Notes under the pieces: model-generated | Database searches by the model: none | What the model saw: only the letters and a program-made list of their open reading frames with translations | What the model was told of the DNA's origin: nothing | Made by a program: the position numbers and the translations under genes | DNA from: Antedon mediterranea | Lineage: Eukaryota > Animalia > Echinodermata | DNA: 64,000 nt | Direction of reading: 5' to 3' | NCBI RefSeq assembly: GCF_964355755.1 | Contig: NC_092677.1 | Location: forward strand, 20,110,101-20,174,100 | Shown: piece by piece, positions 35,970 to 50,770 of the stretch | Position numbering within the stretch: the first letter of the stretch is position 1 | How the letters are laid out: every line of letters starts with the position of its first letter

Positions 35970-38245
35970 CAATCTAATGGGACATTTTAGTCAAAAATTA
36001 TCAGAAATGCCATTTCTGACCTTTGACCCACATATCATGGCATCTTCATATCTCTGTAAGTACTGGTCGTAGAAACTTAAATTTGGTATCAAATTGTTCG
36101 AAATATACATATTTACATTCATTGTAATAGAAAATGTGGTTAAAAGATGAACAGAAATACTATTACTAATGTTTCAAACAAAAAACATATCTCTACATAA
36201 CTTATCCTTAGACAGTAATGTTATGCAATAACTGATACTTTAAATTGTTTCAATTTCAAGTACTAGTTATTGCTGTCCCCAAGAACATTTTGATAGAAAC
36301 GTCAAGCTCAACAGTTCTTTTCGGAATGCTAGAAGTAACTTGCCATGTGTATCCGATTAAACTCCCCGGGCATTTATTGTTCAAAGGGGTTTTTAGGGGC
36401 AGGGGAGGCATCTTTATTTGTGGTATAATATGGTAATATGTATATCAAATAAATACCACCTAGATGTAAAAAAAAATACAGCACAATTAATATCAAAAAG
36501 TGAAAAAAATGCTTGGTAAATTGTAGATTATGGTAGTTAATGTAATGTGTTGTGATACAATTATTGTGTAAATGCATGTGGCGGGCGTATTCCACATGGT
36601 GTTCTATTAGAGGGAATGGTGGCGTTTATTTGAGAGAGGCTTTTATTCAAAGCGGGTGTTAATTCGAATAAATACTCTAATTTTAATAATTATAATTCGT
36701 TTCTCAACTGATAAAAGGTACTTTACATGATTCGTTTTTTTCTTTATGCTTTTTAACGAAATGTTTCTGTCTTTTAGAATAAAAGTGACACTGTCATAGA
36801 TAACATTAAATGGATCTTCTCTTCCAGGTGCCAGTATAATGATATAAAACAATGACATATCATTATCCTGACACAATTGCACTCATAATGGATCTTCATT
36901 CTATCATCTGTTTGTTTGTGACTACAATTTGACAACAATCTTTTGCATATTTTTAAATGCCAATATATAGCTTCATTACTATTGTACAATATGTCCAGCT
37001 TTCCTGAAAACACCCTTGTGTACTGTAGTACAGTGTTGTAGTATGATTTTATCATGATAACTTCTGATGCTTTTATTGTCAATGAATTCAGTACCTAAAA
37101 CATGTCAAAGTTTCTAGTGGTATTGATAATAAATCTCCAGAAACATATATTGTTTTATTATCTACACTGGGAACAGACGTGTATAATATACACCGACAAA
37201 ACTTATACATATTATTATGTATAAGTTTTGTCGGTAACATTCAAAAATATTATGCAACAGTGTTACGGAATAATGACAATGAATTGGTCTATTATAGTTG
37301 TCTGTGATACCTTTTATTACATGATTGTACTGGCAACAGGATAGAATGAGGTTTAATCCAGTTATTATTCTTATTATATTAATTTTTTTTTTTTATCTGG
37401 GGTGTATTTATTTGATTATACATGTTACCATTATTACACCCAAACAAAATAAACGCCTTCCATGAATAACTAACTGCCCGGACCTTTTATTCGGGTAACT
37501 ATAGTAAGTTACTTCTAGCATTCTTAACTGTTGAGCTCGAGTATTTATTCGAATTAACACCCGCTTTGAATAAAAGCCTCCATTCCCTCCAATAGAACAT
37601 CATGTGGAATAAACGCTCCGCCACATGCATTTACAAAATAATTGTATCACAACACATTTCATTAATTACCATAATCTACAATTTACCAAGCATTTTGACA
37701 TAATGTTATCATTTTTTTATATTAATTGTGCTGTATTTTTTTACATCTAGGTGGTATTTATTTGATCATACATGTTACCATATTATACCCCAAATAAATA
37801 TGCCTCCCCTCCCCCTAAAAACCCTTTTGAACAATAAATGCCCGGGGCGTTTAATCGGATACACATGGCAAGTTACTTCTAGCATTCTGAAAAGAACTGT
37901 TGAGCTTGACGTTTATATCAAAATGTTCTCGTGGACAGCAATAACTAGTAGGCCTACTTGAAATTGAAACAATTTAAAGTATCATATTGCATAACATTAC
38001 TGTCTAAGGATAAGTTGTGTAGAGATATGTTTTTTGTTTGAAACATTAGTAATAGTATTTTCTGTTCATCTTTTAACCACATTTTCTATTACAATGAATG
38101 TAAATATGTATATTTCGAACAATTTGATACCAAATTTAAGTTTCTACGACCAGTACTTACAGAGATATGAAGATGCCCTGGTATGTGGGTCAAAGGTCAG
38201 AAATGGCATTTCTGATCATTTTTTACTAAAATGCCCCATTAGACG
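35970..38245. repeat. Large inverted repeat with ~700-bp arms (35970-36678 / 37540-38245)
   Basis: The arms are close reverse complements, e.g. GTAAGTACTGGTCGTAGAAACTTAAATTTGG at ~36056 vs CCAAATTTAAGTTTCTACGACCAGTACTTAC at ~38130. Confidence 0.9.
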
Positions 38246-38366
38246 GAATATAAATGCTACCCTCTTAGGACAACTACCCTCTTAGGACAACTGCCCTCTA
38301 GGACAACTACCCTCTAGGACAACTACCCCCTAGGACAATTACCCCCTAGGAAAACTACCCTCTAGC

Positions 38367-41300
38367 CAGGGCTGCAAAGTAACTTTTTTACTTGGTAGCA
38401 CTATCAAATTTGTATGATGGCCGCTCATAATAATTTTTGGTAGCACCACCAATTTTTTTAGTAGCACCTTTTCATCCACAACTAACCCCCTTCCCTCAAA
38501 CCCCATCCGCGCAGATCCGTTTTTAGTTTAGTTGGGGAGGGGGGTGGGGTGTATAAAAATGAAATACAGTACAACCTTAGGCTGGGGGTCAGGGGGCCGC
38601 CAATGGCCCCGATTTGGGGGGGGGGGTGGATTTTTTGAGTAATTATAGGTTGTTTCAATCGATTTCTGAGCACATAAAAATTCAGCACTGAAGAATTCAA
38701 TTAATTTGGGTTATGCACATTTAGGCACTGGTCCTGATGCGCCACTTATATTCACGCAAGATCTATTATTTTTACGGTACAGAAAGAAATTACTGCTTTG
38801 TATATACGCGTAACCTTTCGTAGCCTACGCGTAAGTAGATCGTAGGTCATTGTTTGCTAAACATATCCTGTAATTTCCAAAGTATTGTTCGTTGCCATGC
38901 CTACGATTTTATGATAATATCTACGCGTCGATCGTAGGGTGGTTCGTAGGGTTAGTAATTTGTAAACACCAATGTCATCGCCTTTAGTTAGGAGCATAAA
39001 CAATGGAAACAAACATGTATTGTTGGCTAATTAAAATCCTAGACGTTAATTTTTGTAGCCGCCCTACACATCGGTTGTCCTAATTTGACAGGACATCCGC
39101 CGACGAGACGAAATCACGCAGAGAGAGTTTCGGCGGCCTACATGATTCAATCCTACCTTGGTTTAGCGAATTATAAAAACAACAACACCTTGGCTAGGAC
39201 ACCAACAAAATATATGCAAAATAAATATATATTCCATGTTAAGATTTAACATAGGCCTTTGTAAATTATTATTACGACAAAAGACCCGACCAGAATTTGG
39301 AGGGGAAAAACGTGCGAACCGTGGGAACAATTTAGAGCTGTATTACGTTTCATGTGACGCAAAATTCAGGTACACTGTTTTGTAGCCATCCCCCTCGTAC
39401 CGAGTAAAAAAAACGTGCGAGAGGTTTGCGGTGGTAAAACAGAGTATCGCGTTTCATGACATGTGACCAAAAAACTAGGTCTGTATTAATTACGGTCTTC
39501 TGTTGGCAGTCTTTTTGAGCGACCGATTGAACGTTCTGATACTATATTTAGAATGAATTGTTTACGATCTTTTTGTTTGCATGTTTCTGGATCGACTGGA
39601 CGTTCGCTATATTATTTTTATTAGTTGGCATAGTTCATTGTGTTGGATCGTGTCTGTACGTCTACATTGTGGGAAATTTATATTCGCCGTTGAGAGTAAA
39701 AAAACACACACGAATGAAACATTTACAAATAAAAACTATTATATTATATATTTCTTAGTAATGTACAAATTGGTCCTCCTCCGCCAGTCAAAAAATAACA
39801 CATTAAATAATAATTTTCACACCTTGTTACTTACTAAGAACATCGTGAGGTTGTTTATTTAGGTTACTATTAACGAAGCCAAACAATGTAACCTACAAAG
39901 CCAACAACGTAGCCTGTTTTATCTACGAAGCTACTTCGTAGGAAAAGTTGCGGTTTTTTCTCTGATATATAATTTTCGATAATCAGAATCTGGAATAAAG
40001 TATTAAATCTACTGATAAACAATACTGCTGTTTAATCTATATAATGAATAGATATTATTATATATATCATTAATTACATTATTTAGTAATCATGATATAA
40101 CCATTTATACTGCCTAAAAAATGCTGATGACTGCGCGGCGACAATCCTTTGTCTTATCTACCGCGCCCGCCCTGGCTAACTTCTGTGTACGGCGGTACAA
40201 TTGTTTTTATATTCCTTCTTTAAAACGGAGGTGATTTTCCACGAGGTTTGTGTCGTCCGCGCGTCACACTGTGCTGTGTGTTTGGTGTCCTGTTGTGTGA
40301 TTGGGTATGGCAGCATGCAATAAATGGACGAACTTCCAATCACAACGAGTGAAATGAAATGAAAATTAAATATTTTGACAGGCTTATCAACTTAGAAGCC
40401 CATCGTTGGCCAAAGCTGCTGTTGCATGCATTATTTACCTTGCATGATAATAATGTTAATATAAAATGGCGATGGTTAAACTCAATTAAAAGTATTCTGA
40501 ATAATACTGGATTTAATCATGTATTTTCAAATAACATACCTATAGATTCAGCATGGTTTAAATTTTTTAAGTGTGTTAATAAAATCGTCAAATGTATGAA
40601 TTGGATTGGTTTAATAAAAGCTGTACCAAACCATCATTGTTGTCACTTTATGTTAAATTTTAAAAAATGCCTGAGTTAGAAAATTATCTTACTGCTAAAA
40701 CTGATTTTCATGGTGCTCAATTGAAATTTAAGGCAAGGTCAAATACTCTTCAACTTGAAAGTAGATAAGTAAATGGGATATGAATAATACTGGTAATTGT
40801 ATGTTATGTAAGGATGAACCTGAAGATTTATATCATTTTATGTTAAATTGTAAAGTACTACAAGAAGTGCGAATTTCAGAATTTGAATGCTTGGAACAAA
40901 ACCTTAATGATTCTGGTCTTTCAGATCTATGGAATTCACTCCAGTTAAATAATTCAGAGGTTATCTTAGGGCCGCCTGTTTCTGATGAGCCGAAATAATC
41001 GATTATTAACCGTTTATTTTTTTAATCGATTATTTTTGGGCAGCAAAAACGGCGCAAAATAAAATAACCGATTAAAAATAACTGATTAAAAACACTCAAT
41101 CCATTGCGTGTTTTAATCGATTATTTCTTGTTTTAATTTATTGCGGAGCAGTTTTGAGCTGCAACACAAATAGCGATTATTGACCTCACTTTGACCTCTA
41201 GAGTATGACAAACATAATATTCACGTCACAAAGCATGCTGTTTATTTGCGCGATATCGACGACGATCAGCAAAACCACGATCGCGATGTAATAGAATAAC

Positions 41301-42598
41301 AATCAAATGTTAAACATTTGATTTTTATTATTTAGTGGGGGAGAATTATACCGAGAGACTCCAGGATTCTGTGTTACAAGTACACCCGTTACATACCACC
41401 AGTCCAGGCTAACGATGTTTTACATGTCATTTTTTAGGCATGTTGTCTGTTGACTTGTTTCGGTAGAAATATAGGGTATAGCCTATAGGCCTAGCAGGCC
41501 GAAGGTAGAACCAACGAACTTTTTTCGCCGACGTGTCCTTATTAATATAACATCATTATTCTGATTGTATGTGGTACGGTAGTAGGCCTAGATGTTTATT
41601 TTACAAATAATATAGCTTTACGTAAGACTATTAAGAGTAATTTTTAATCCTACATGTGAGAGTTTTAGGCAGCGATAGGATGTAAACAAACCAACTCTCA
41701 TCGGCCTTTCATAACTTGAACTGCGCTGTGGGGGAATGATGACGTGATTTTAAAAACCGATTACCTGAATAACTTGGTGGTGATTGTTCTGTTCTCATTC
41801 CAACAATGTCGATTAATATGGTAAACAAAGCCCATGACATTCTTGATAAATTCTGCAAATCATATCTTAAGAAAGCATGGGCCTTTAGACAACGTATAAA
41901 GTCTAACATTATCGAATGATTTTTTATATTTTTTATTGTATGTAATTTGGTTTAGTTATCTTACTTTGTTCTTTTTCTTTTTTTATATCAATTCTGTTTA
42001 CAGTCATCAAATAATTCACCACAGCTGAAATAATTTAATCTATGCTTTCCTGTTTATTGATGTCCCTAAATTGGGTTCCTATTGTTCCTTAACATAGATT
42101 CTAAGTACTGTATATTCCTTTGTTCATATACTGATTGATATGCTAATTTAGTGTCCAAGCTTATGTATGTGGGTTGCATTTAATTGGTTTTAGTTTTACA
42201 GTTTATTTTTAATTTGGCTTTATACTCATATATTTTTATATTGTATGTTTAATTGTTTTAAGGATGCACCATTATTATGTGTGCCGCTGTTCAAAAAGCG
42301 TTTTCCAAATAAATTATTATTATTATTATTAACGAGTGTAAAATGTTTAGGGGCTTTGTACGCTTGAATGAACCTGACTCCTTTGCGGCGGCGGTGACTA
42401 GTGGAAACTCCTGAGTAGTAGAGAGATTAAATTACACAGTGTTTGAAATAGGGAAAATACCGTACTGACTTCAATTTGAAACAACTCGCACAAGCAGACG
42501 ATCTTGTCGCGCTATGCGCGACCTATTCTGTTTCTTTAGTCGCAAACAGAAAAATTAGGTCGCAAATGCGACCAAATACCCCTTAATTTGCAGCCCTG
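38367..42598. mobile_element. Non-autonomous hAT element carrying nested insertions
   Basis: TIRs CAGGGCTGCAAA / TTTGCAGCCCTG; perfect 8-bp TSD CCTCTAGC (38359-38366, 42599-42606). Confidence 0.88.
40120..42330 (+). mobile_element. LINE remnant (RTE-X/CR1-like ORF2 C-terminus with CCHC motif), interrupted at ~40968-41780
   Basis: KIKYFDRL..RWPK..WLNSIKSIL, LENYL..LKFKARSNTLQLE, CMLCKDEPEDLYHFMLNC; 3'UTR ending AATAAA(TTA)n at ~42330. The 5' boundary is uncertain. Confidence 0.7.
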
Positions 42599-45500
42599 CC
42601 TCTAGCTAGCCACTAGGAACAACTACATCTTACGATTGGTAACCAAATTAACAAGCTGCTTCTTTTGGTGCCCAATTGTATTGTAAAATCAAATTGTGTG
42701 TGAAGAGGGGACTATACATTTAACAATATTTGACGTGAAATTATTAAAATATCGACGTATGTACTTAAGATTTGTAGTCTATTTTGTAATAACTGTAGCG
42801 ATATTTGTTTTTTAAAAACTTCTAGGACAAGCTATGAAAAACGATTTCCTCAATTGGCGCAGTTTTCTATGTTTTCATAATAGGAAGACTAAGAAATGTA
42901 TGAACTGTCAAACGGGGGAGAGAGAGATTTTCAATTCGTCTAATGTAATCAATTGATTAATAGTGTAGGTTTTTTTTAATCTAAAGTAAAATAAGGAGGT
43001 TCTGCTCTGTAGAAAACGAATTGGAATAAAATGAAATAAGTAGAAATGTTTAAGTCATAAACACATCATGGATATAATTATTCTTTAGGTTCTAAAAATG
43101 TTTATTGTCCTATTTTCTCAGGAGTGGGGAGAAAAATGTAAAAAACAAATCAATTAAAGTTCTTCTATGAAGTAGTAACAGCCAAACCAATATTCCATTA
43201 TTACCGGACTTGTATGTAGTAGTAAACGTATAATGTCATTTAACAGCATAACATAAGCTCTTACGGTAAAACATTTGTTTTGAAAAAGAAATAAGAGATC
43301 GGGCCAATTTTATCGATAATAAGGGGCTTCTCCAGTCCCAATATCTTACAACTACCCTCTAGTCCAACTGCTATGCCCCTAGGACAACTACCCCTCTAGA
43401 AATACAAAACCTACACCTTTAGGTTATAATTACGATCTTGTAAAACTTAACTGAACTTCAAAACATAGGGAGAGAGATTGATCTTAAATGAAAAACTGTT
43501 TGATTGTCTGGTGCAGCTAGGTAAACTGTATGTTCCTAGATTTATATACGGCATCTTCGTGTCACACAAAAATAAAATAAGCCACCCCTTTATTTTCAAG
43601 ATTGGAATACGTTTTAATAATTTGATCGATTCTCGTTTAATGTAAAATAACTGCTGAAGATACGCTTATTAAACAATTCAAAAGCTTTCATTCAAGATCA
43701 ATCTCTCTCCCTATGTTTTGAAGTTCAGTAAGTTTACAAGATCGTAATTATAACCTAAGGTGTAGGTGTCATGATATAGGTGTGGTTGTTCAGAGGGTGT
43801 TGTTGTCTTAGGGGCATAGCAGTTGAACTAGAGGGTAGTTTTCCTAGGTGGGTAGTTGTCCTAGAGGGTAGTTGTCCTAGGGGGTAGTTGTCCTAGGGAG
43901 TAGTTGTCCTAGGGGGTAGTTGTCCTAGGGGGTAGTTGTCCTAGGGGGTAGTTGTCCTAGGGGGTACAGTAGTTGTCCTAGGGGGTAGTTGTCCTAGAAG
44001 GTAGTTGTCCTAGGGGGGGGGGGGGGTCATTGTCCGGGTGGTAGTTGTCCGGGTGGTAATTGTCCAGGAGGTAGTTGTCCGGGTGGTAATTGTCCAGGAG
44101 GTAGTTGTCCGGATACGTTATTTATGTTATCTCATACCATAGTTATAAGTTGACCAATGAAGCCATTTTGGAATAACCTTTTCTACTGTCCAAATGATTT
44201 AATACAGTATACTGTCTTTATTAAGTAGAGTTACTTGGGACATTTGGGCTCATAATATCATCTAGAGTTTAGTCCTAGCTAGTACTTAAGACTGATTGAG
44301 TAGGCCCTGTGTACATTTTTCCTGGCAAAATTCGTTTTTACAATAAAATATAATTTATTTAATTATATCAATATTTAACCAATTTCAGTGTAACACATAG
44401 CTTGCACAAAACAGATTTTGCTTATAGGGCCTAGGCCTAGTGAATGTGCTAAACAATGCTAACGTACTTGCCAGGAGAGTGGTATCAATCAATGTCAAGG
44501 GAGGTGAATATTGTAGTTTAGTCACATTATTTTGTCTTCATATTTTTGCAGATACCATCCATATTATTTGCTACAAGCAACAACCTTATTCAATATAAAA
44601 TCCATAATGTTTAATGTGGTTAATGTGTTTAATGTGTTTAATGTGGTTCCTAAACACTGCTTTCATGCTGAAAACAATATTTTATTAGAACTCTCAGAGA
44701 GAAACGTGCTTTCCGTAATTGACGCCATGTTGTTATTGTGTATAGGCGCTACATCAAATTGTAATATTTGTTGTACTAAAATTAGGATAAAACTATTTTG
44801 ATCTAGTTTTTTGCTTAGTATTAATTCATTTGTATATTATGTTGATTATTTGAAGATAGTATGTAAATATTTTATTCAACTCAATAATACTTAAATGAAC
44901 GAATACAATTTTGAAAAGGTCATGGGCCAAAAGCGGTAAAACAAATTTAAACTACAGACGTTTGAATGTAATTTTCTCTTTTGATATGTTTTTTTGTACA
45001 ACTTTGTGTTATCATTTCTAAAATATTATTAACATAATTATTATGAGAAGTTATTGTATTGTTAATCGGAACAGGATTGAACTATAGGATTTTCACCAGA
45101 TGGCCTAAAACAAATTGGAAACCAATTTAAATAGTTCTTTTGGTTGCAGCACGGAATTAACTTTAGACGTATAATAGTTTATCTTGGCAAATTTTAATAA
45201 TGTGTATAGTAGCTATAGAATGCTATTTAGTTATAGAATGCTATTTAGTTGTTTTTTATACCAATACCAACCAATCCTGTACCTTTTACTGCTTGTAGGT
45301 TGGTCAATTGTCTTAAGTTAAAAATAAATGTATATTTAAAACAATTTGAGACCAATTATGACAGTAATTATGGAGCTAGGTACATGCCCTGGGATTGAGG
45401 CAAAGGTTGGAATACAATGTACAACTACCGTACTGTACATGTTAATTTTTTGACAATTTTAGTGACAATCATCGAGTTGACAATACTCTCTGGTCAGCAG

Positions 45501-45637
45501 TTACCAATACAGAACCAAACAAACTTGTGCATCATTTATGACAAACGTGACAAATGTTACAACATTTAAATTGATGTTAGAAATCATTCAACTGGTTTTT
45601 TCCCCCCAAATTTATATTTATTTTTTATATTATACAG

Positions 45638-45836
45638 ATTTTTCTTGGAGATGAACAATCATATATTCCAAACTCTACTTGACATTTCAATGACACAAGA
45701 CAAGGCATTGACATCTGATCACATGAAATCAATGGGTTTAGATCCTATTGGTGACCGTCAGTTTATCATGGACTTAATTGAACTTCATGGTATTGATGTG
45801 TTACTTATATTGGATAATCCATGTTGTCCAACATAA
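45638..45836 (+). CDS. DENND11: DENND11 last coding exon
   Basis: CAG acceptor, then [65 protein letters not shown], matching the DENND11 C-terminus (GLDP.GDR.F..DNPCCP). Confidence 0.96.
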
Positions 45837-46529
45837 ATGGCTATAGTAATAGTCGTTCTTGAGGCAAAAGCAATTTTGGTGAGGTATTCCAAGGAAAACA
45901 CATGTCTTCTTTGTATGTAGCTAAATTTATCATTGATGTCATTCAATATTTGAATTTTTTTTTCACAAAAGTACTTTCGTTTAATCACTTTTTTTAGACA
46001 ATATTATAATGTTATGCTTAAATTTGAAATTGATTTTTTAAAATTAGAAAATAAGTATTAATATAATATATATATACAATGTACTGTAGATAATTTGTAA
46101 TTAGTATTTTTAAGATATAACTTGGTGTAAGGTTATTGAAGGAAAAAAGGAGGCGTCTGTATATTTGGTGCTCTCAAATTAAATATCCTGGTTTCAGTTT
46201 TTCTGGAACCCAAATCTTTTACAGTAGTTCTTTTCTTAAAATAAAGACCACCGGTAGAATAAACTTTTTGACCAGTCAAATCCAACATTTTTATTAATCA
46301 CTGATTATTATAATATTTTAAGGGTAAATAAAAGAAAATTGTTAGTTTCACATCCAATCCATTATAAAATTCTTGAGCTGACTATTGTGTTTTTATTTTT
46401 TAAAATGGTCATTTTCAGTTTTGTGTTCTAAGTGTTCCAAGGTGTGTAATAGCACATTTATTGTAACCCCCTTCATAAAACATCTCAGATGTGGAACTAA
46501 CAATTTTATTTTTGCCATTTGTGTACTAT

Positions 46530-47370
46530 TATACAGATATTGCCTGCTTAGAGGTAAAATATAAGATTTGACATCCCCGAGGGAATGAATATTTTCCGAA
46601 ACGCTAGCTGAGGGAAATGTAATTCTCAAGAATTCCCAAGTGGATGTAAAATCTTATATTTTACCAATATAAAAGGCGATATCTGTTATATTATATAGCC
46701 AACAACAAGTAGAATATCTACTGGGTCGGGTAGCTAGGCCATCTTTATGTAATAAGCCTGCCTATAGTTAATTCACATTACCTTGCGAAGAATAATATAC
46801 AGATAATTACTAATTAATGATTCCTTGGCAATAAAGTATATACACTGAGGCCTAGGTCATTTAAATATAATAACAGAAGAATTTCCATCAATAAGCCTAC
46901 ATTAATAATAATAATATTATCAATATCAGGTAGGCCGAATAAATAATAAGACGTCTTCTTCGAGCCGAATCACTGGATGTTCAGCACGCCGCGCGTACCA
47001 GGTTACTTCCTATTGACCAATCACAAACAGTCTTTCGTCACATCTATAGAGGGTGAATAACAAATGAGTGCGCTATGTATGCATAGTTTAAATAGTTTAA
47101 TTGATTAATTTCTTCAAGCAAGTTACATGGCGCAGCAGGTAAAACATTGTCTCGTGATGAAGTGGACTAATCTTCGCGACTCAGACTCAGTTGACTTGTT
47201 TATTTATTGCCAAACGTGAGTGTTGCCACACGAAAATTACACAGTCAATATCATCGTACTCGAGGAAATGTACGATTTACGATCCTTGCAGCAGTAGTCA
47301 TGTGATGCAGTTTCAACCAATTACGTTCAGATATTTACATAGGCTATGTAATGTAAGGTGCTATTATGTT
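46530..47370. mobile_element. Possible Crypton-like non-autonomous repeat
   Basis: Subterminal hairpin GGTAAAATATAAGATTTGACATCC..GGATGTAAAATCTTATATTTTACC enclosing CCGAGGGAATGAATATTTTCCGA. The family call rests on recalled resemblance only. Confidence 0.35.
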
Positions 47371-50300
47371 AACACAGAACTCAACACAACCCAACTCAAC
47401 TAACTAGTTGCTCAAGTGCACTTATGTCGAATGTTCAAACAACTAAATGGAACCAGTGAACGAGCGCTTATGTCAACACTGGAACTGATTGTAACTTGTC
47501 ATCGTTACCAGAAAGCGCGCATGACAGTATTTGTAGTTGTATAGGAACCAGTATGCATGTGTGCTTAACATTAAACTGATCGCTGCTGTTCATGGCTACC
47601 CTTACTGCAGGTGTGACGAAATTCAAACCTTTCAGTTGCACTCAGTACTGAAAAAAAATAGAACTGAAGGTAACTGAAAAGAACTAAGCTTGTGTCAAAA
47701 TTGTGTGTGCGCCGTTCAGTTATATTCAGTTGCTTTAGTCAAGTCAAGTTTTATTAGAACTCCAGGGCTACTCAATATTAATATTATAGATTTGTATGCA
47801 GCAGGAGATTTTGTTAAAGTAAATAAATGTATTGATAAGGTTTTAATCACTATGCTATAACTATATAAGATTTATAAATAGATAGTAATCATTCATTATT
47901 GGATATTCATTCAATTCCTTGAAATCCAGTTAAAACTTAATTAAAAATACAAAACAATAAAAATGAAAATAAGACTACAGTATCACAAGAAGCAAGAGAT
48001 AATAAAATTATTAAAATCAGATCTTGAAATGATTGCAAGATAAAGGTATTTATAAAGTTGTGAATATCTGGTGATAGATAAAAATGGGTTTTTTCTTTTA
48101 CCAAAATCTATACCTTTTTATTGACTTAATTTTTTACATTTTTTCAGTTTTTGCTGGTAAATGTGTAAAACGATAAAAATAATTTAACTTAACTTTTGTA
48201 TTTAAAATAAAATACAACAAGAATTCATACTTTGATATGTCATAATTGTGCAATTGAAATTGAAAAATAAAAAATACTGAATCTGTAAAAGATAATGTGC
48301 TTATTAAATAATTTAAATAAAAATGATGTCCAAATAATATTACTTTATTATACTAAACAGACTCAATTTCTGTCACTTCAGTTTATTTTATTGCTAAGGT
48401 CAAGTCTGGGGGTCACTTCATCAAGCCTAATCTGTGAACAAATTGTATCCTATTACAAACAAAAACTTTACTATTATATGTACTGTTTGATAATAATTCA
48501 ATGATTATCTGACAGCAAATTAGAGTACTGTATTATAATATCGGTTTAGATTGACAGTCAAATGTTACTCATTGTGATACCAGAATAATGTTTTGATTAT
48601 TTGACAGTGAATTATTATAATAATTCAGATTACTGTCTACATGCATCTATAATACTGTATTATCAGCACATTTTTTCACAGACTCTCTTCTCCCAGACAT
48701 GCTTTGGGGTTTGTAATTTTAGAATGACCTGTCCTAGTTTACAAATTACCAAAAACGTCAGCCTCTAGAACTATAACTGCTGGTTGCTTTAGCTTCTGAA
48801 TGAGTAGTCCTCTTGGGACGTAGCTGGCTAAAGCAGCAGTGTGAAAATAATTACACACATAAGTGCACAGTGAAAACTGTGATAATCATCAATCAAAAAA
48901 ATATGTGGTGCTGCATTTACTGTGGTATTGAAATACATACAATATGTATGTAAAAACACTGTTTTGATTGTTTTGAACTGAGTTAAACCAATTTCTAACA
49001 CAGACTCCACTGATTGTAATTATGGTGCTTTTTGTATAAAACAAGGTCTTACATGAATTAAAGATCTGTGGTATTCTGTATTATAAAGGTTCAAATCCCA
49101 TCTGAAATCCTTTTCATTTTCATCAACAAATTGAAATAAACGTTGATAACAAAATATTGACAGTATAAATATATTTACATGTTTGCTTAAATGTATCAAT
49201 ATATATATTATCACTATAGTAAAAATATACTACTGTATAACTGTATATGATACACTTACAGTATGCTGTGAACAGTAATATTATAACATATAATTTGTAT
49301 TTTATAACAATATTCAGTATTTTATGTATGCATATCAGTTTCATATACTGTAGGTGAGTCTTGTGCAATTGTTTTATTAATTGATTACATTAATTAAATT
49401 ATATTTTTTATATATATGAAATACAGAATTTGTCATCAATTGCATTAGTGACATTGTATATACTAGTAGTACATGAATTGTCTGTGGTGATATGAACTTT
49501 TTACCTGATCATTTGATCTTGATTTTATGATCAATATTAAGTCTGAATAACAGTGGGTCAACAATAATAAATATGAGTGCAATACAATTTTCTTGTTTTT
49601 TGTGTGTTTATTTCATTGTTATATTGGCCTCTCTTGAGAATTAGTATAAACTTACATAAAATGGTGCTTATTAACAAGCGAACAAATATCTAGTGGCTGC
49701 AAGGCTTGTTGGATATTATGGCTCAAGGCGGAAAGCTCATTGGTTATGGTAGCAGAGCGCTATCAAACGTGGATACCAGATACTAAAGCAAATGTGATAT
49801 GTTGGGTGCAGAACATTCCTACAAAACAAAATTGAGCAATGGAGATTTAGTCTAGCTCCAAAAACAAAACAAAATCTCTAACAAATTGTAAACAAAGCTT
49901 TTTCTTATTTTAATTGAACATGAGGAGACTGCATTCCACAAAATACCTTAAACTTCTAAATTGTTTAGAATATACTGTGACTGTATGTCTTGGGTTTGTT
50001 TTAATGAAACTTTTTGTAGTTAGAGAAACATTTTAGTCTCTAAACTTTCATAAGTGTATTCATCCTTTAAGAAGGATTTCATTTTTCACACAATGTTCTT
50101 ACTTTCTTTCTAGATGCTTGTAACCCATATGTGTCCATGCTTACATTTCGCCTTCTACTTTATTTGAAAGCTACACTTTTGTAACAATGGAGAACTTTTG
50201 TGCATCTAGATTGATTTAACTAATATTTTAACTAAAAAGAAAATTCCTTTCACAATTTTAATAGATAAATAGAAGAACCAAGAAAAAACATTAATTTGTC

Positions 50301-50708
50301 ATCTTTCCAGTGGAAAAATTGTACCAAAATATTGGCATTTGCAGTAGAGAGATTTTGCTAAATTACATATACTGCAGATTTTCATGTAGTGTACTGTGTT
50401 AATAAAATGTTGCACAAAATGATCCAGCATGTTGAAATAGGGTGGGGAAGGGGGGGGGGGGGTGTTCTGGGGGAGGGGTGGTTTTGGTTGGGGGAGACCA
50501 GACACTAAGTTCATGAGCCACAGTAAATGGTAATTGATACCTCTAGACGAATCTATAATATACATAACACTAAATTATGTTGAAGTCGGGAAAATTAGAA
50601 CCCAAATTTGCAACTATAGTATGGTACTAGTTGAAGGGTTTAACCGGGGCAAAAAGGAACAAAAGAAAAAATTGTATGGTGAATAACATAGCATACATAA
50701 CATGTTGT

Positions 50709-50770
50709 GGAGCTGTAGCTTGGTGGTTAACGTGCTTGCCTTCCAATCCCAAGGTCCCGGGTTCAATCCT
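50709..50770 (+). mobile_element. tRNA-derived SINE head, truncated
   Basis: A-box TAGCTTGGTGG and B-box GGTTCAATCC at tRNA spacing, but no complementary acceptor stem. Confidence 0.6.

Larger units (their letters stand above)
38255..44116. mobile_element. Fold-back element with GGACAACTACCCCCTAG tandem arrays at both ends
   Basis: Arrays of ~17-bp GGACAACTACC units at 38255-38366 and their reverse complement at 43830-44116 (ending GTCCGGATAC). Internal inverted arms at 43400-43490 / 43690-43770. Confidence 0.7.

Noticed and set aside
40975-41010. Hammerhead-like CTGATGAGCCGAAA
   Set aside because: There is no room for stem II and no stem I; it looks like the end of an inserted repeat.
45837-49600. 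Long DENND11 3'UTR ending at AATAAA near 49566
   Set aside because: There are many AATAAA hexamers in this AT-rich tract; the true site cannot be chosen without transcript data.
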